Assembly (NCBI GenBank): GCA_026397015.1
Contig: JAPLVR010000002.1
Span: forward strand, 1-50,917
DNA: 50,917 nucleotides
Origin: Candidatus Iainarchaeum sp.
GTDB taxonomy: Archaea > Iainarchaeota > Iainarchaeia > Iainarchaeales > JAAZKV01
Reading direction: 5' to 3'
A program made the translations under genes and the position numbers. Shown here in pieces: positions 8,217 to 18,629 of the stretch. The first letter of the stretch is position 1; the number at the start of each line of letters is the position of its first letter. The notes beneath the pieces were generated by a model. The model saw only the letters and a list, made by a program, of their open reading frames with translations. It ran no database searches and was not told the origin of the DNA.

Positions 8217-8798
8217 ATGAAGAAAGAATTGCAGAGAAAATTTTTTCACATAGTTTTCGGGCTGTTTTTCATTTTCCTGATACTTGCTTTTGGAACAGAG
8301 ATGAGCCTGTATATTATAACGGCGCTTTTCCTTTTCGGACTGCTGATCGCAATTGCGCTGCGCCTCGGCCACAGGTTTCACCTTTTTGAGAAAATTATTT
8401 CGATGGTTGAAAGGGAGCACGAAAAGCACCTTCCGGGCAAGGGCGCGCTTCTTTTTTTTGCAGCCGCGATAATTCTTCTTTATTTTTTTCGGAATGAACC
8501 GAGAATAGTTATTGCGGCGCTGAGCGTGGAAGTATTTGCGGACACCGCTGCCGCGCTGGGAGGGCAAAAGTTCGGCAGGATAAGGCTGCTGAAAGACAGA
8601 AAGAAAACGGTCGAGGGCAGCATAATTTGTTTTGTAGTTACTTTTATCTGCATTGCTTTCTTTTTTCCGCCGACCGCCTCAAACGCTTTGATGATTCTCT
8701 TGGCTTCGTTTCTCACAACCGCTTCCGAATATTTGCCGCTGGACGATAATATTACCATCCCGTTGGTTGCCGCGGCTTCGATTAAGCTTCTTTTGTAG
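8217..8798 (+). CDS. Diacylglycerol/polyprenol (dolichol/phytol) kinase family membrane protein
   Basis: RKFFH, DTAAALGGQKFG, KKTVEGS, DDNITIPL motifs; multiple TM helices. Confidence 0.88.
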   Translation: MKKELQRKFFHIVFGLFFIFLILAFGTEMSLYIITALFLFGLLIAIALRLGHRFHLFEKIISMVEREHEKHLPGKGALLFFAAAIILLYFFRNEPRIVIAALSVEVFADTAAALGGQKFGRIRLLKDRKKTVEGSIICFVVTFICIAFFFPPTASNALMILLASFLTTASEYLPLDDNITIPLVAAASIKLLL

Positions 8799-8870
8799 AT
8801 TTTTTTTGATTTTCAGTTTTTGGGGTAGCTTTAAATAGGTGCGTGCCGGATAATTTCTGTAACTGGTTTT

Positions 8871-9563
8871 ATGTCTAACATCACTAATTACGAAAAATCT
8901 TCCTTCAAGCAGATGCTGGAGGAAATGAAAGAGTTCGTTCCAATCGCCGAAAGGATGGCGGAGCATATTCACGAGAAAGGGTTTAGCTGTGTTGTTGTCG
9001 GCGGGCGCTCTGGCCAAATCGCGGCTTATATGGTTAAGCAGGCATGGCAGAGGAAATACGGCAGGAAGCCGATGCCGAAGTTTGTTGCAGTTGGCCGCAT
9101 TTGGAACGAAACAAAAAACTTTTCCGCCGAACAGGTTGCAAAAGAAATTAGAAAAAATTTTTCTGTCGGAAAAATGCCGAAGGACAATGCTTTCATACTT
9201 TGCGATTATGCGGGCACCGGGAATTCTGTTGTGCGAATGAAGAATGTGATGAGGCTTCTTGGATTCGGCAAGATTGGCGCGGGTGCGTTCGTTTCCGGCA
9301 AAAGTTTTCCTGCAGAAAAGGGAAAGGAGTTTGGTTTTATTGGGAAAAGCGGTGGGAGCGTTCCGGCTTTTAACGGAAGGAGAAAGCAGTATATCTCAAA
9401 TATTTTGAAACACCGTGAAGTTAGGGGAGAGATTAAGAAGCTCAAAGCATCCGGAAGAAAAATTTCGGGCGAGGAATCCGCCAGTTTCAAAGGTTTTGAA
9501 GCTGTCGGGAAGAAGGCATTCAGGCATCTCAGGGGGATGCATAAACGCATGAGGCTTCCTTAA
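8871..9563 (+). CDS. Basic phosphoribosyltransferase-fold-like protein
   Basis: VVVGGRSGQIAAY and a degenerate PRPP loop FILCDYAGTGNSV; K/R-rich C-terminus. Confidence 0.5.
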   Translation: MSNITNYEKSSFKQMLEEMKEFVPIAERMAEHIHEKGFSCVVVGGRSGQIAAYMVKQAWQRKYGRKPMPKFVAVGRIWNETKNFSAEQVAKEIRKNFSVGKMPKDNAFILCDYAGTGNSVVRMKNVMRLLGFGKIGAGAFVSGKSFPAEKGKEFGFIGKSGGSVPAFNGRRKQYISNILKHREVRGEIKKLKASGRKISGEESASFKGFEAVGKKAFRHLRGMHKRMRLP

Positions 9564-9664
9564 CACCCAGGGGTTATCATTAAAAACTTCTTCTTCAAAC
9601 AATTTTCTGGCGCGATTCGAAGCATTTGCGCCGGTAGGCCTATAGTACAGTGGATTTTTGTGAT

Positions 9665-9738
9665 GGATCCGTAGCCCAGTGGATTAGGGCGTCTGCCTCC
9701 TAAGCAGAAGGTCGGGGGTTCGATTCCCCCCGGGTCCG
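9665..9738 (+). tRNA. tRNA-Arg(CCT)
   Basis: GGATCCG/CGGGTCC acceptor stem; TCTGC-CTCCTAA-GCAGA anticodon arm; TTCGATT T-loop. Confidence 0.95.
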
Positions 9739-9976
9739 TTTTTGGTCTAATATATTTGCAAGTTTAATGCTTCTGTGCCGGTGGCTAAAAATTGTTTACT
9801 GATTTTCGTCAGGCCTATTATTTTTTTGATGTTATTTTCCGATTATTTTTTCCCGCAATTTTTATTCCTTTGTTTTTTGCATGCGAAAAACACAAAAAGT
9901 AGGTGTCGAAAATAATTATAAGTGTCGGGGACAATCAACGAAACCCTTTTAATTGGTTGGAACAAAATATCAGTAA

Positions 9977-10678
9977 ATGGATAAGTTGGCGATAACGATT
10001 GCCGGCGAGATGGCACTTTCAGAAGATCCGGGCGGCTCAATGAAAAAATGGCGTGAAATATTTGCCATCCATCAAACCGAACTCGCCGAGCATCTCAAAA
10101 TTTCTTCTTCAACTATTTCCGATTACGAGGGCGGAAGGAGGAAAAATCCGGGAATAGTTGTCGTAGCGAGGCTGGTGAAGGCTCTTATTAACATTGATAA
10201 TGCGAAAGGCGGAAGGGTTGTAAAGCAGCTGGAAAAGGATTTCAAAGAAGAGAACAAGGCTTTTGAATCGCACGAGTTTGCCTCAGGAATTCGGGCGCAG
10301 GATTTCATAAAAAAGATTAATGCGAAAGTAATTTGCCTTCCTTATGACCTTAAGGAAGAGAGGATTTTCGGTTACACCATAATTGATTCGTTGAAAGTAA
10401 TCCTGGAAGTGCCTGTTCATGAATACATGCAGATTTACGGCAAAACCCCTAATCGTGCACTCATATTCAGGCATGTTGAAAACGGGAGAAGCCCTTTGAT
10501 CGCGGTAAAAATCGGCCGCTTTTCAACCGACATGAAGCCGAGCCTGATTGTTTTGCAGGGCGACTTTTCAAAACGCGAGGTCGACCCGCTCGCAATAAAA
10601 ATTGCGGAAAGCGAGAAAATTCCGCTTGCAATAACAAACGCAACCGTTGAAGAAATAAACAAGGCCCTTGGCGAATAA
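9977..10678 (+). CDS. Archaeal XRE-family HTH transcriptional regulator (COG1709-like)
   Basis: IAGEMALSEDPG.SMKKWREIF.I.QTELA.HLKISSSTISDYEGGRRKNPG; GRSPLIAVK. Confidence 0.88.
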   Translation: MDKLAITIAGEMALSEDPGGSMKKWREIFAIHQTELAEHLKISSSTISDYEGGRRKNPGIVVVARLVKALINIDNAKGGRVVKQLEKDFKEENKAFESHEFASGIRAQDFIKKINAKVICLPYDLKEERIFGYTIIDSLKVILEVPVHEYMQIYGKTPNRALIFRHVENGRSPLIAVKIGRFSTDMKPSLIVLQGDFSKREVDPLAIKIAESEKIPLAITNATVEEINKALGE

Positions 10679-10681
10679 ATT

Positions 10682-11401
10682 TTACAACTTTTTTACGCAG
10701 AAAGTGAACCTGTACTTGTCGCTTCCGTCCTTGTTCTGCCCGATTAGCTTGTTTGAAACAGTGGGCCGCGTATCATAAAGTTTTGCAAGCTTTCTCGAAA
10801 CTTTTACCGCGCTCTTTTTCGAGCCGATCCACAAATCGAATCCGTTTCTCACTTTTATTGTTTTTACTATTGCGCTCAACGGGTCTTTGGAGTTTTCTTC
10901 CTTAATAAGTTCTTCGGTCTCGTGTAGCATGGTTTCCGCGTCTTTTTTCGAATTTGTCCGCAACTGTATTATTGCTTCCCTGTAATCAGAGGCGAGGCGC
11001 ATGCACGGGTCGCAGATGTTTCCCTGGAGCTCGATAATGTATCCTTTTTCTTGTTCAATCACCTGTGAATCGATTATTCCGATTACCTTGACTTTTACCG
11101 AAAAATCTTCTTTTCCATTCTGCCTTCCGATTTTTTCGGCTTCCACAAAGATTTTTGCGCCCTGTAAATCCGGAATTAATTTTATTCTGGATTCGATTTC
11201 GTTGGCTACCGCCTTTTCAGAGCGCGCAATCCATTTTCCCTGCAGCAGGACTTTCGAGCACCTCCCGCAGTGCAGAATTTTGTCGGAAACATTTTTGACG
11301 CTGAATATGCTGTTCGACTTTAGGAAGCAGTCCGCGCATTTCCCTTTCACCAGCCACTCGGTTTCTTTTCCGCAATTCGGGCAGAATTTTTCGAAACTCA
11401 T
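10682..11401 (-). CDS. nmd3: NMD3 family ribosome maturation protein
   Basis: Four CxxC pairs (CPNCG, CADC, CGRC, CDPC) followed by EAIIQLR and GFDLWIGS. Confidence 0.9.
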   Translation of the reverse strand: MSFEKFCPNCGKETEWLVKGKCADCFLKSNSIFSVKNVSDKILHCGRCSKVLLQGKWIARSEKAVANEIESRIKLIPDLQGAKIFVEAEKIGRQNGKEDFSVKVKVIGIIDSQVIEQEKGYIIELQGNICDPCMRLASDYREAIIQLRTNSKKDAETMLHETEELIKEENSKDPLSAIVKTIKVRNGFDLWIGSKKSAVKVSRKLAKLYDTRPTVSNKLIGQNKDGSDKYRFTFCVKKL

Positions 11402-11459
11402 GACACAATCAAATAGGAAAAAGAATAAAAAAGAGCTATCGGGCTAAAATGTCCGCGGT

Positions 11460-12734
11460 TTATTCGAATTCGACTTCTTTTCCGGTTTCAAGTATTGTTG
11501 CATTTATTCCCGTTTCGTCTTTTATTTTTTTTGCAAACAACGGCATGACATCCTTGTCGCCGTGAACCAAAAATATTTCCCGCGGCGACCACTTTTTTAT
11601 TGCTTGAATCATTTCAGCCTGTCCGGGGTGCGCGGAAAAATCGTACTTTTCATATTTGCAATTTACCTTTGTCAGCTTTCTGTCCTTTCCGAGTGGCAGC
11701 CTGCCGGTTTCAAGCAAAACATTTCCCGGGGTTCCCTTCACCTGAAACCCTGTGAGAAAAATTTTGCTGTTGGGCTGGTTTGCAATCTTTCCCGCGTAAA
11801 ACATTACCGGGCCGCCCTGCATCATTCCGGAAGTAGTTACGATTACACTCGGTTCCTTCATGGCTTTTTCCCTTGTTCCTTTTCCTGTTATCCAAACAAC
11901 TTCGCTCAGCGCCTTTCTCAATCCTTTTGAATCCCTTATCAGATCGGCATGCTTGTTGTAAATCTGCGCCGCCTTTTTGCTCATTCCGTCCAGATAAATC
12001 GGCACGCTTATATTGTACTTGCTCAAAACATCGATTACTTCCTGGCTTCTTCCGACCGCAAAAGCTGGCACAACGGCATAGCCGCCCCTGTCAACAGTTT
12101 CTTCGACGGATTCGCAGAACCTTTTCTCCTCTTTCTTTCTGTCCGGATGCTCCCTGTTTCCATAGGTTGACTCAATCATTAAGTAATCAACTTTTCCGAC
12201 TTTCAAATCCGCTCCAGAATGCAACCTCGTAACAGCGACTTTGAAGTCCCCCGTGTAAAGGAAGTGGTTGTCATTATGGCTAAGTTTTGTGAGCGCGGAA
12301 CCGAGTATGTGCCCCGCATCAAAGAATTCAAGCGAGACATCGTGGGCAATCTGCGTCTTTTTTTTGTAAGGCAGAACAAAATTATATCTGTGCGTTTTTT
12401 TAATTTCCGTTTCTGAATATTTTGGAATCATGTGTTCCAGTTCGGCTATTTTTACCGAATCGCGCCAGAGAAGGTCAGATAGTTCAACGGTCGGTTGCGT
12501 CATGAAGCTCGGGCACTCGCTCGTTGCGTAGTAGTAAGGAATCAGGCCGGAGTGGTCGAGGTGTGCATGCGACAAAATTATCGATTTTATGTTTCTTTTT
12601 ATTTCCTGCGGGTATCCAATTTCGTCGGTGCCCAATTTTATGCCATAATCAAGAAGGAACCTCTCTCCGAAAGCCAATACGAACGCGCTTCTTCCGACCT
12701 CGCGGCAGCCCCCGATTCCCGTTAATTGGTACAT
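11460..12734 (-). CDS. MBL-fold beta-CASP ribonuclease (aCPSF-like, no KH domains)
   Basis: GGCREVGRS, SHAHLDHSG, AGHILGS, YTGDF, ESTYG, FSAH, LVHGD. Confidence 0.92.
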   Translation of the reverse strand: MYQLTGIGGCREVGRSAFVLAFGERFLLDYGIKLGTDEIGYPQEIKRNIKSIILSHAHLDHSGLIPYYYATSECPSFMTQPTVELSDLLWRDSVKIAELEHMIPKYSETEIKKTHRYNFVLPYKKKTQIAHDVSLEFFDAGHILGSALTKLSHNDNHFLYTGDFKVAVTRLHSGADLKVGKVDYLMIESTYGNREHPDRKKEEKRFCESVEETVDRGGYAVVPAFAVGRSQEVIDVLSKYNISVPIYLDGMSKKAAQIYNKHADLIRDSKGLRKALSEVVWITGKGTREKAMKEPSVIVTTSGMMQGGPVMFYAGKIANQPNSKIFLTGFQVKGTPGNVLLETGRLPLGKDRKLTKVNCKYEKYDFSAHPGQAEMIQAIKKWSPREIFLVHGDKDVMPLFAKKIKDETGINATILETGKEVEFE

Positions 12735-12820
12735 TTTTTTCACCAGTAAATTTTTTTGATTTGTTAAATGCAACGAGGCAATAACTGTTTTATATTAACT
12801 GAAATGCTGATTTATTTATA

Positions 12821-13408
12821 TTACTTGCTTTTCGAGAAAAACACGAACACAATCAGCGAAAACAATATGGTCGAAACGAAAGAAATGGCGGCTGTTTCTA
12901 AAAAGTATTTTGTGTCAAAGTAGGGGTGCAACCCGGCGGCATAATCTAATGTGTCATTCAGCAAAAACCACGCGGCGCAAATAACAAGGTGCTTAATTTC
13001 AAATTTTACTTTTTTGAATAATACGATTGTTTCCGCCATCAGGAGAAGATGTCCTGCAAAAAAAATCTCGTAGCCGAAAGTCAAGCCGCTTATGAGGAAA
13101 ACCGCAACCGTCCAAAATCCGTATTTCAAATTTCCAACAATTGAAATCATCAATAGAAAAGGAAAAATAATTTGGAAGCGCCCGCTTCGGGTTTGTTTTA
13201 CAAAAACTCCTAACAAAATTATTGTTCCGAAAATTATTGAGTAGAGGGGGCAGTCCGCGACGAACAGCCATAGCAACGGGTCGATTTGCGAGAGTTGCGG
13301 CAAATAATATTGTATTGAATAAACCCCTGCGGCGAAATTGATTAGCGCAAGAGTGACAAGAAATTTTTTGTTTTCAAATATTCTTTTCGCCGTGAGTGCC
13401 ATGCTCAT
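12821..13408 (-). CDS. DUF1405 family membrane protein
   Basis: WLFVADCPLY, KYGFWT, WFLLNDTLDY..GLHP; hydrophobic throughout. Confidence 0.75.
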   Translation of the reverse strand: MSMALTAKRIFENKKFLVTLALINFAAGVYSIQYYLPQLSQIDPLLWLFVADCPLYSIIFGTIILLGVFVKQTRSGRFQIIFPFLLMISIVGNLKYGFWTVAVFLISGLTFGYEIFFAGHLLLMAETIVLFKKVKFEIKHLVICAAWFLLNDTLDYAAGLHPYFDTKYFLETAAISFVSTILFSLIVFVFFSKSK

Positions 13409-13467
13409 TTCACTTAAAAAAACAATAAAGATAAAAGGAAGAAAAAAAGAAAAAGAAGCTGCTTTAA

Positions 13468-14622
13468 TTAGCAGCTTCCCGATGCTGTTCCAGCACTTGT
13501 ACTTAAACTTGTGTTACAGTCTGCAGGCGCATTTGTGAATGCCGAGCATATTGCGCTTTTGAAAGCATCTGCAGCTCTGTCGCCAGAATATTGCGTTCCG
13601 TTTATGAGCGCAGTCGGACTTCCGCTTACTGAATATTGGCTGTTTAGGGCAACCTGTTCCGCGAGCAGCACATCCTGTTCGCTGCTTGCGCATGTCTTTA
13701 TTTGCGCAACGTCTATTCCCGCAGCAGTGGCGTATCCTTCCCATTTATCCGCAATGTTTGCCGCCGAAACCGCGCTGTTGCCGTAATCCGCCATTAATTT
13801 CGTCATGTATGCCCAGAACTTGTCCGGCGCATATTTCTGTATGCACATCTGTCTTACATCTTCTTTTACTTCATTTATTCCGTGCATTGAACAGTATTTT
13901 TCGCTTGAGTCGGTGCAGTAGTCTTCCCACTTTGTGCCGCCCTGCTTAGCGTAGTTCGAGTATATTACGTAACCCATTTTGAAGTTCATTTTTTCGTTTA
14001 GCAGTTCTATCGCACTTTGGAATGCCGTTGCCGCCTGTATTCCGTACGGGCAGAACGCCATTATGAACAGCTTCACTTCGGGCACTTCGCTCTTTGTGTA
14101 AGCAGTGCTTGGTGTTTCAGGAGTTGTTGGCGTTTCTTGGGTTGGCAATGGCGTGTTCAAATCGAATGCCTGTCCCAGTATGAGCTTTTTTTCGGTTGCA
14201 TAAACTGTTCCTTCGCTGACTTTGTTTCCGTCCTGTAAAATGTCGAATGTCATTTCATAAATTCCGTTTCCCAGGTCCGTTACTTTTGAGGCAACGGCTG
14301 TTACTCCATTTTCCTGCAAAAGATTTTTGTTAATGTAATCCTGTACATCTAGTTTCAAAGTTTCAACGTTAACTGTGGGGCCTGTTCCTCCCTGATTTTG
14401 AGACGCCTGCGCGCCGAGGCTTCCGAACCAATAGCCCGCTATCGTTCCAACGCATATCCCAACAAGAAGAATAATTATTATTTCCGCCATTAATCCTTCG
14501 AATTTTGCAAACAGTCTGACTTCTTTTCCAACCTCCTTAACATCTTTATCTACTTTTTTGACTTCCGCCTTAATATCCTTCATCCCATCGGAAGACCCTT
14601 TCACCCTATGTTTTTTGCTCAT
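13468..14622 (-). CDS. Membrane-anchored DsbA/thioredoxin-fold protein (CPYG)
   Basis: TM helix; KLFIMAFCPYG; SMHG..EV.ED.RQ.CIQ; VSGSPTALING with cis-Pro. Confidence 0.8.
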   Translation of the reverse strand: MSKKHRVKGSSDGMKDIKAEVKKVDKDVKEVGKEVRLFAKFEGLMAEIIIILLVGICVGTIAGYWFGSLGAQASQNQGGTGPTVNVETLKLDVQDYINKNLLQENGVTAVASKVTDLGNGIYEMTFDILQDGNKVSEGTVYATEKKLILGQAFDLNTPLPTQETPTTPETPSTAYTKSEVPEVKLFIMAFCPYGIQAATAFQSAIELLNEKMNFKMGYVIYSNYAKQGGTKWEDYCTDSSEKYCSMHGINEVKEDVRQMCIQKYAPDKFWAYMTKLMADYGNSAVSAANIADKWEGYATAAGIDVAQIKTCASSEQDVLLAEQVALNSQYSVSGSPTALINGTQYSGDRAADAFKSAICSAFTNAPADCNTSLSTSAGTASGSC

Positions 14623-14675
14623 AATAACGCCTCCAAAAACAAATTTTGTAATTATTTTATTCTTATGATAGCTTT

Positions 14676-15152
14676 TTATTTGCTACAATCAGCTGAATTG
14701 CAGCAGTTTGAGTCGCATAATTCCGGCGCGCTCTCCGTGCAGCTTGCCCCGCCAGTGCATGTAGAGCTTCCGCAGCTGCCGGCTTGCCCCGATATTGCAT
14801 TATATACGCAGACCTGGTCGCTGTTCGGTCCGTTGCAGTTTCCGTAGTTCGTCCAGTTGTATAGTCCAGTGTAGGCGCTGTAACCGGTGTAAATGATTGA
14901 GACAATCATTATTGCGGTAAGAATCCACGACAATCCTTCGAAGTGCTTGAAAACAAACGAGCCCACCGGCTTGTTCACACCCGTTATTTTTGCCGAAATT
15001 TTCATCCTCATTTTTTTGTCAAATGAGGTGTTGCACTTTCTAAGCGTCGCCTTCCTGAAAACACAGTCTGCCGCTTCCCAGAAAAATGCGCGGTATTTTG
15101 CCGAGAATATAGCGAGTATCCCGAAGACAAATAAGGCTACGAAGCAAATCAA
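14676..15152 (-). CDS. Membrane protein with Cys-rich C-terminal tail
   Basis: Two hydrophobic segments; tail GNCNG...C...CGSSTC...C...CDSNCC. Confidence 0.7.
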   Translation of the reverse strand: MICFVALFVFGILAIFSAKYRAFFWEAADCVFRKATLRKCNTSFDKKMRMKISAKITGVNKPVGSFVFKHFEGLSWILTAIMIVSIIYTGYSAYTGLYNWTNYGNCNGPNSDQVCVYNAISGQAGSCGSSTCTGGASCTESAPELCDSNCCNSADCSK

Positions 15153-15368
15153 ACGTCATCACTTTGATATGAAATGGGGATAGCAAATATTTAAAAGCAA
15201 AACTAATTCGTTAGGGGAAAAGCGGCTCAATTTTGGCCCAAACGGCGTTAAGTTTTTGCAGGGCGCCGTTTGCAAATTTTGTAAAAGTTTTTGGTGAAGT
15301 GCTGACCAACAGAAAAGCATTAACCAAAAAACAACTATTTAAATACTATTTTTCCCTAATCTTCCATC

Positions 15369-16883
15369 ATGGCAAAAAAGGCAGCATCAAAGGCGCTAGC
15401 GGACGTGAAGAAAAAGTTTTACATCACCACCGCGATTGATTATCCGAGCGGGAAACCCCATTTAGGTCACGCATACGAAAAGGTGTGTGCGGATTGCATT
15501 GCGCGTTGGCACCGCCTTCTTGGGGAGGAAGTTTTTTTCCTTACCGGAACGGACGAGCACGGAAGCAAGGTAAGCAGGTGCGCGAAGGCGTCAGGAAAAG
15601 CGCCGCAGAAATATGTCGATGAAATGGTTGTCTACTTCAGGGAACTTTGCGCAAAGCTGAATATTTCATATGACAGGTTCATCCGGACAACGGATTCCGA
15701 CCACGTGAAAATTTCGCAGGAAATTTTCAAAAAAATTTATGAAAAAGGGGAAATTTATTTGGGGGAATACAGCGGATGGTACTGCGACGAATGCGAAACA
15801 TTTTTCACTGAAAAGGATTTGGTGGACGGAAATTGCCCGACGCACGGAAAAAAGGCGAAGTGGGTGAGCGAAGAGAGTTATTTTTTTAAAATGAGCAATT
15901 ATTCAAAAAGAGTCCTTGATGCGCTTGAAAAAAATGAAAAAATTGTTTTGCCGGAGGGAAAGAGAAAGGAAATAATTAACAGGGTGAAAGAAGGGCTCAA
16001 TGATTTGAGTGTAAGTAGGGCGAATGTTCCGTGGGGGATTCCTGTTCCGATGAATGCAAATCATACTCAATATGTCTGGATGGATGCTTTGCTCAATTAC
16101 ATTTCGGGCGTGGGTTATCCCGGGAAGGATTTCGAAAAATTCTGGCCCGCAAACATTCATTTGATTGGAAAGGACATTTTGTGGCATCACACCGCGATTT
16201 GGTATTCCATTTTGATGGCTGCGGAAATTGAAATTCCGAAAACCGTTTTTGTCCACGGTTTCATAAATACTGAAAGCGGGGAAAAGATGAGCAAGAGCGG
16301 CGGAACAGTTATCGATCCTGTGGCACTTTCAGAAAAATACCCCGCCGACGCGCTCAGATATTTCCTGCTCCGCGAAATTCCTTTCGGGCAGGACGGAAAT
16401 TTCAGTGAGGACTCAATGAGAATCAGGTTGAACAATGAATTGGCAAACGGTCTTGGAAACCTGTTGAATAGAACTGTAACGATGATTGAAAAGTACAATG
16501 CTGGCGAGGTTCCGAATGCAAAAACGAATATTGAATTGCGGAAGAAGCTTGATATTGACGGAATTAAAAAGCACATGGAAAACCTTGAACTCCATCATGC
16601 GCTTGGAAAAATATTTTCATTCGTTCACGCGTGTAACCAGTTTACAAATGAAAAGGAACCGTGGAAACTTGATGGAAAAGAAAGGGACGAAGTGCTTTAT
16701 TCGCTTGCAGACAGCCTGCGCATGGCATCAATTCTTTTGCAGCCTTTTATTCCCGAAACATCCGAAAAAATTTCCTCCCAGCTGGGATTAAAATTAGGCC
16801 TCTTGGCCGATTGCAGTTTTAATAAGCTGAAAGCCGGAACAAAGGTTAAAAAGGCAGAAGTGCTTTTCAGAAAGCTTGAATAA
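15369..16883 (+). CDS. metG: Methionine--tRNA ligase
   Basis: PHLGH, GTDEHG, YVWMDAL, IGKDI, KMSKS. Confidence 0.96.
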   Translation: MAKKAASKALADVKKKFYITTAIDYPSGKPHLGHAYEKVCADCIARWHRLLGEEVFFLTGTDEHGSKVSRCAKASGKAPQKYVDEMVVYFRELCAKLNISYDRFIRTTDSDHVKISQEIFKKIYEKGEIYLGEYSGWYCDECETFFTEKDLVDGNCPTHGKKAKWVSEESYFFKMSNYSKRVLDALEKNEKIVLPEGKRKEIINRVKEGLNDLSVSRANVPWGIPVPMNANHTQYVWMDALLNYISGVGYPGKDFEKFWPANIHLIGKDILWHHTAIWYSILMAAEIEIPKTVFVHGFINTESGEKMSKSGGTVIDPVALSEKYPADALRYFLLREIPFGQDGNFSEDSMRIRLNNELANGLGNLLNRTVTMIEKYNAGEVPNAKTNIELRKKLDIDGIKKHMENLELHHALGKIFSFVHACNQFTNEKEPWKLDGKERDEVLYSLADSLRMASILLQPFIPETSEKISSQLGLKLGLLADCSFNKLKAGTKVKKAEVLFRKLE

Positions 16884-17095
16884 GAATAATTTTTTCCCGC
16901 CTTTCATCCGAATTTGTTACAATCCTAATAGTGTACTATTTTCCTGTTGTACCATAAGTCCTTTATAAAGCAGGAACAGCAGTTACTTCAGAATGATTTT
17001 TGAAAGGCATTTGCTTCACCTCTTATAATGCCTTTCTTTTTATTTGTTTTGCCTAATACTATCTATCATTGGTTTCATTCTGAAATTGTTTTTAT

Positions 17096-17479
17096 TTGCA
17101 AAAAGGAAAGGTGGTTTTTTTGAGAAAGTTGGTGTTTTTGGTTTCGATGCTTGCGCTTTTGAACGGCGTTTTTGCAGAGCCGTGGGACCTTTTGAAACCG
17201 GGAATTGATGCGGCGCAGTCATTAAGGCTTCCGATAGGGTTGCTTGTTCTTTTGATTTCGCTTGTGCTGTTTGCCGTAGCGGTAATGGCGTACAGGAAAA
17301 ACAGGACTGAAAAACTCAAACTGGTTTGCCTGGCTTTCGGGCTGTTTTCTGTTAAGCTGCTCGCAAATGTCGTTGACCTGGTTGCTTCTCCCGGATACTT
17401 TATGGGTCCGCCAGTGCAGAACATTTTTGATCTCGCAATCCTTGCAACGCTCTTTGTGGCGCTATTCAGAAGGAAGTAA
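17096..17479 (+). CDS. Small multi-pass membrane protein
   Basis: Three to four hydrophobic segments, AYRKNR.EKL.LV..AF; start may be near 17120. Confidence 0.65.
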   Translation: MQKGKVVFLRKLVFLVSMLALLNGVFAEPWDLLKPGIDAAQSLRLPIGLLVLLISLVLFAVAVMAYRKNRTEKLKLVCLAFGLFSVKLLANVVDLVASPGYFMGPPVQNIFDLAILATLFVALFRRK

Positions 17480-17526
17480 TGTGCTGATGCCCGCTATTTT
17501 GTTTGGCGGGTTGTGGCGGTGAAAAA

Positions 17527-18072
17527 ATGCGTGAACCGATAGACAATCTCGAAGAAGCGATTGCTCTGAGTTCGAGGGATAAAATTTATTCGACCATAGC
17601 GAAAAACCCGGGCTTGCATTTCAGGGAGCTCCAAAGAAGAGCGGGGATAGCCACGGGCGCTTTGCAGTACCACATCGATTGCCTTAAAAAGAAGCATATT
17701 ATCAGGGAGGAAAAAGAGGGGAAATTTTCTAGGTTTTATTCGCTGCGTGGCGGGGAAGTTAATACAGTTTTGATGAACCTCCTGCGGCAGGCTTCTGTCA
17801 GAAGGATTGTTTTGTTTTTGATGAAAAGGAGGCGCGCGGCTCTTCCTCAAATCGCAAAAGAGGTTCAGCTCAGCGTTTCCACTACAAGCTTTCATCTTCA
17901 AAAGCTTTTGCACTCGCAGGTTGTGCTGCAAAAAAATTACGGGAAAAAAACTTATTTTTTTTTGGCTGACAAGGACGCAATTCTCCAAATTTTGTTGACC
18001 TATAGAAAGAGCTTTCTTGACGAGATGGTTGACAGTTTTGCCGACCTGTGGGAAGAAGAGCTGGTCAGATAA
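17527..18072 (+). CDS. Double winged-HTH (ArsR-like) transcriptional regulator
   Basis: NPGLHFRELQR..GIATGALQYH and a second HTH IAKEVQLSVSTTSFHLQKL. Confidence 0.88.
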   Translation: MREPIDNLEEAIALSSRDKIYSTIAKNPGLHFRELQRRAGIATGALQYHIDCLKKKHIIREEKEGKFSRFYSLRGGEVNTVLMNLLRQASVRRIVLFLMKRRRAALPQIAKEVQLSVSTTSFHLQKLLHSQVVLQKNYGKKTYFFLADKDAILQILLTYRKSFLDEMVDSFADLWEEELVR

Positions 18073-18116
18073 TTATTTTATTTTTTAATTATTTTATTTT
18101 TAGGGTGGCAATTTGG

Positions 18117-18629
18117 ATGAAAGCCGTGCTTGTGATTTCCCAGCAAAAATTCCGCGACGAAGAATTGTTTGAAACAAAAGAAGCGCTTGAAGGCGCGGGA
18201 ATAAAATGCGTGATTGCTTCAAAGGAAAAAGGCTCCCACAGGGGGATGCTCGGCGCAACTCTAAATTCCGAAATTTCAGTTAAAGAAATTGGTTTGGATT
18301 TTGATGCGCTTGTTTTCATAGGCGGCGTGGGTGCTTTGCAATATTACGATGATAAGGAAGCCCATCAGGCCGCAAAAAGATTTTTTGAAGCTGGAAAAAT
18401 TGCGGCAGCCATCTGTATCGCGCCAGTTGTTCTTGCGAATGCAGGAATTTTGAAAGGAAAAAATGCGACCGTTTTTCCATCCGAACAGGGCGCATTAATT
18501 TCAAAAGGTGCGAATTATACAGGTGCGGGCGTCGAAATTGATGGAAAAATAATTACCGCTTCCGGCCCCTCATTCAGCGCTGAATTCGGAAGGGAAATTG
18601 CGAAGGCGATGAAACGGTCAAACCAATGA
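18117..18629 (+). CDS. DJ-1/PfpI family protein
   Basis: FRDEEL, FDALVFIGGVG, AAICIAPVVLANAG, IITASGP. Confidence 0.92.
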   Translation: MKAVLVISQQKFRDEELFETKEALEGAGIKCVIASKEKGSHRGMLGATLNSEISVKEIGLDFDALVFIGGVGALQYYDDKEAHQAAKRFFEAGKIAAAICIAPVVLANAGILKGKNATVFPSEQGALISKGANYTGAGVEIDGKIITASGPSFSAEFGREIAKAMKRSNQ

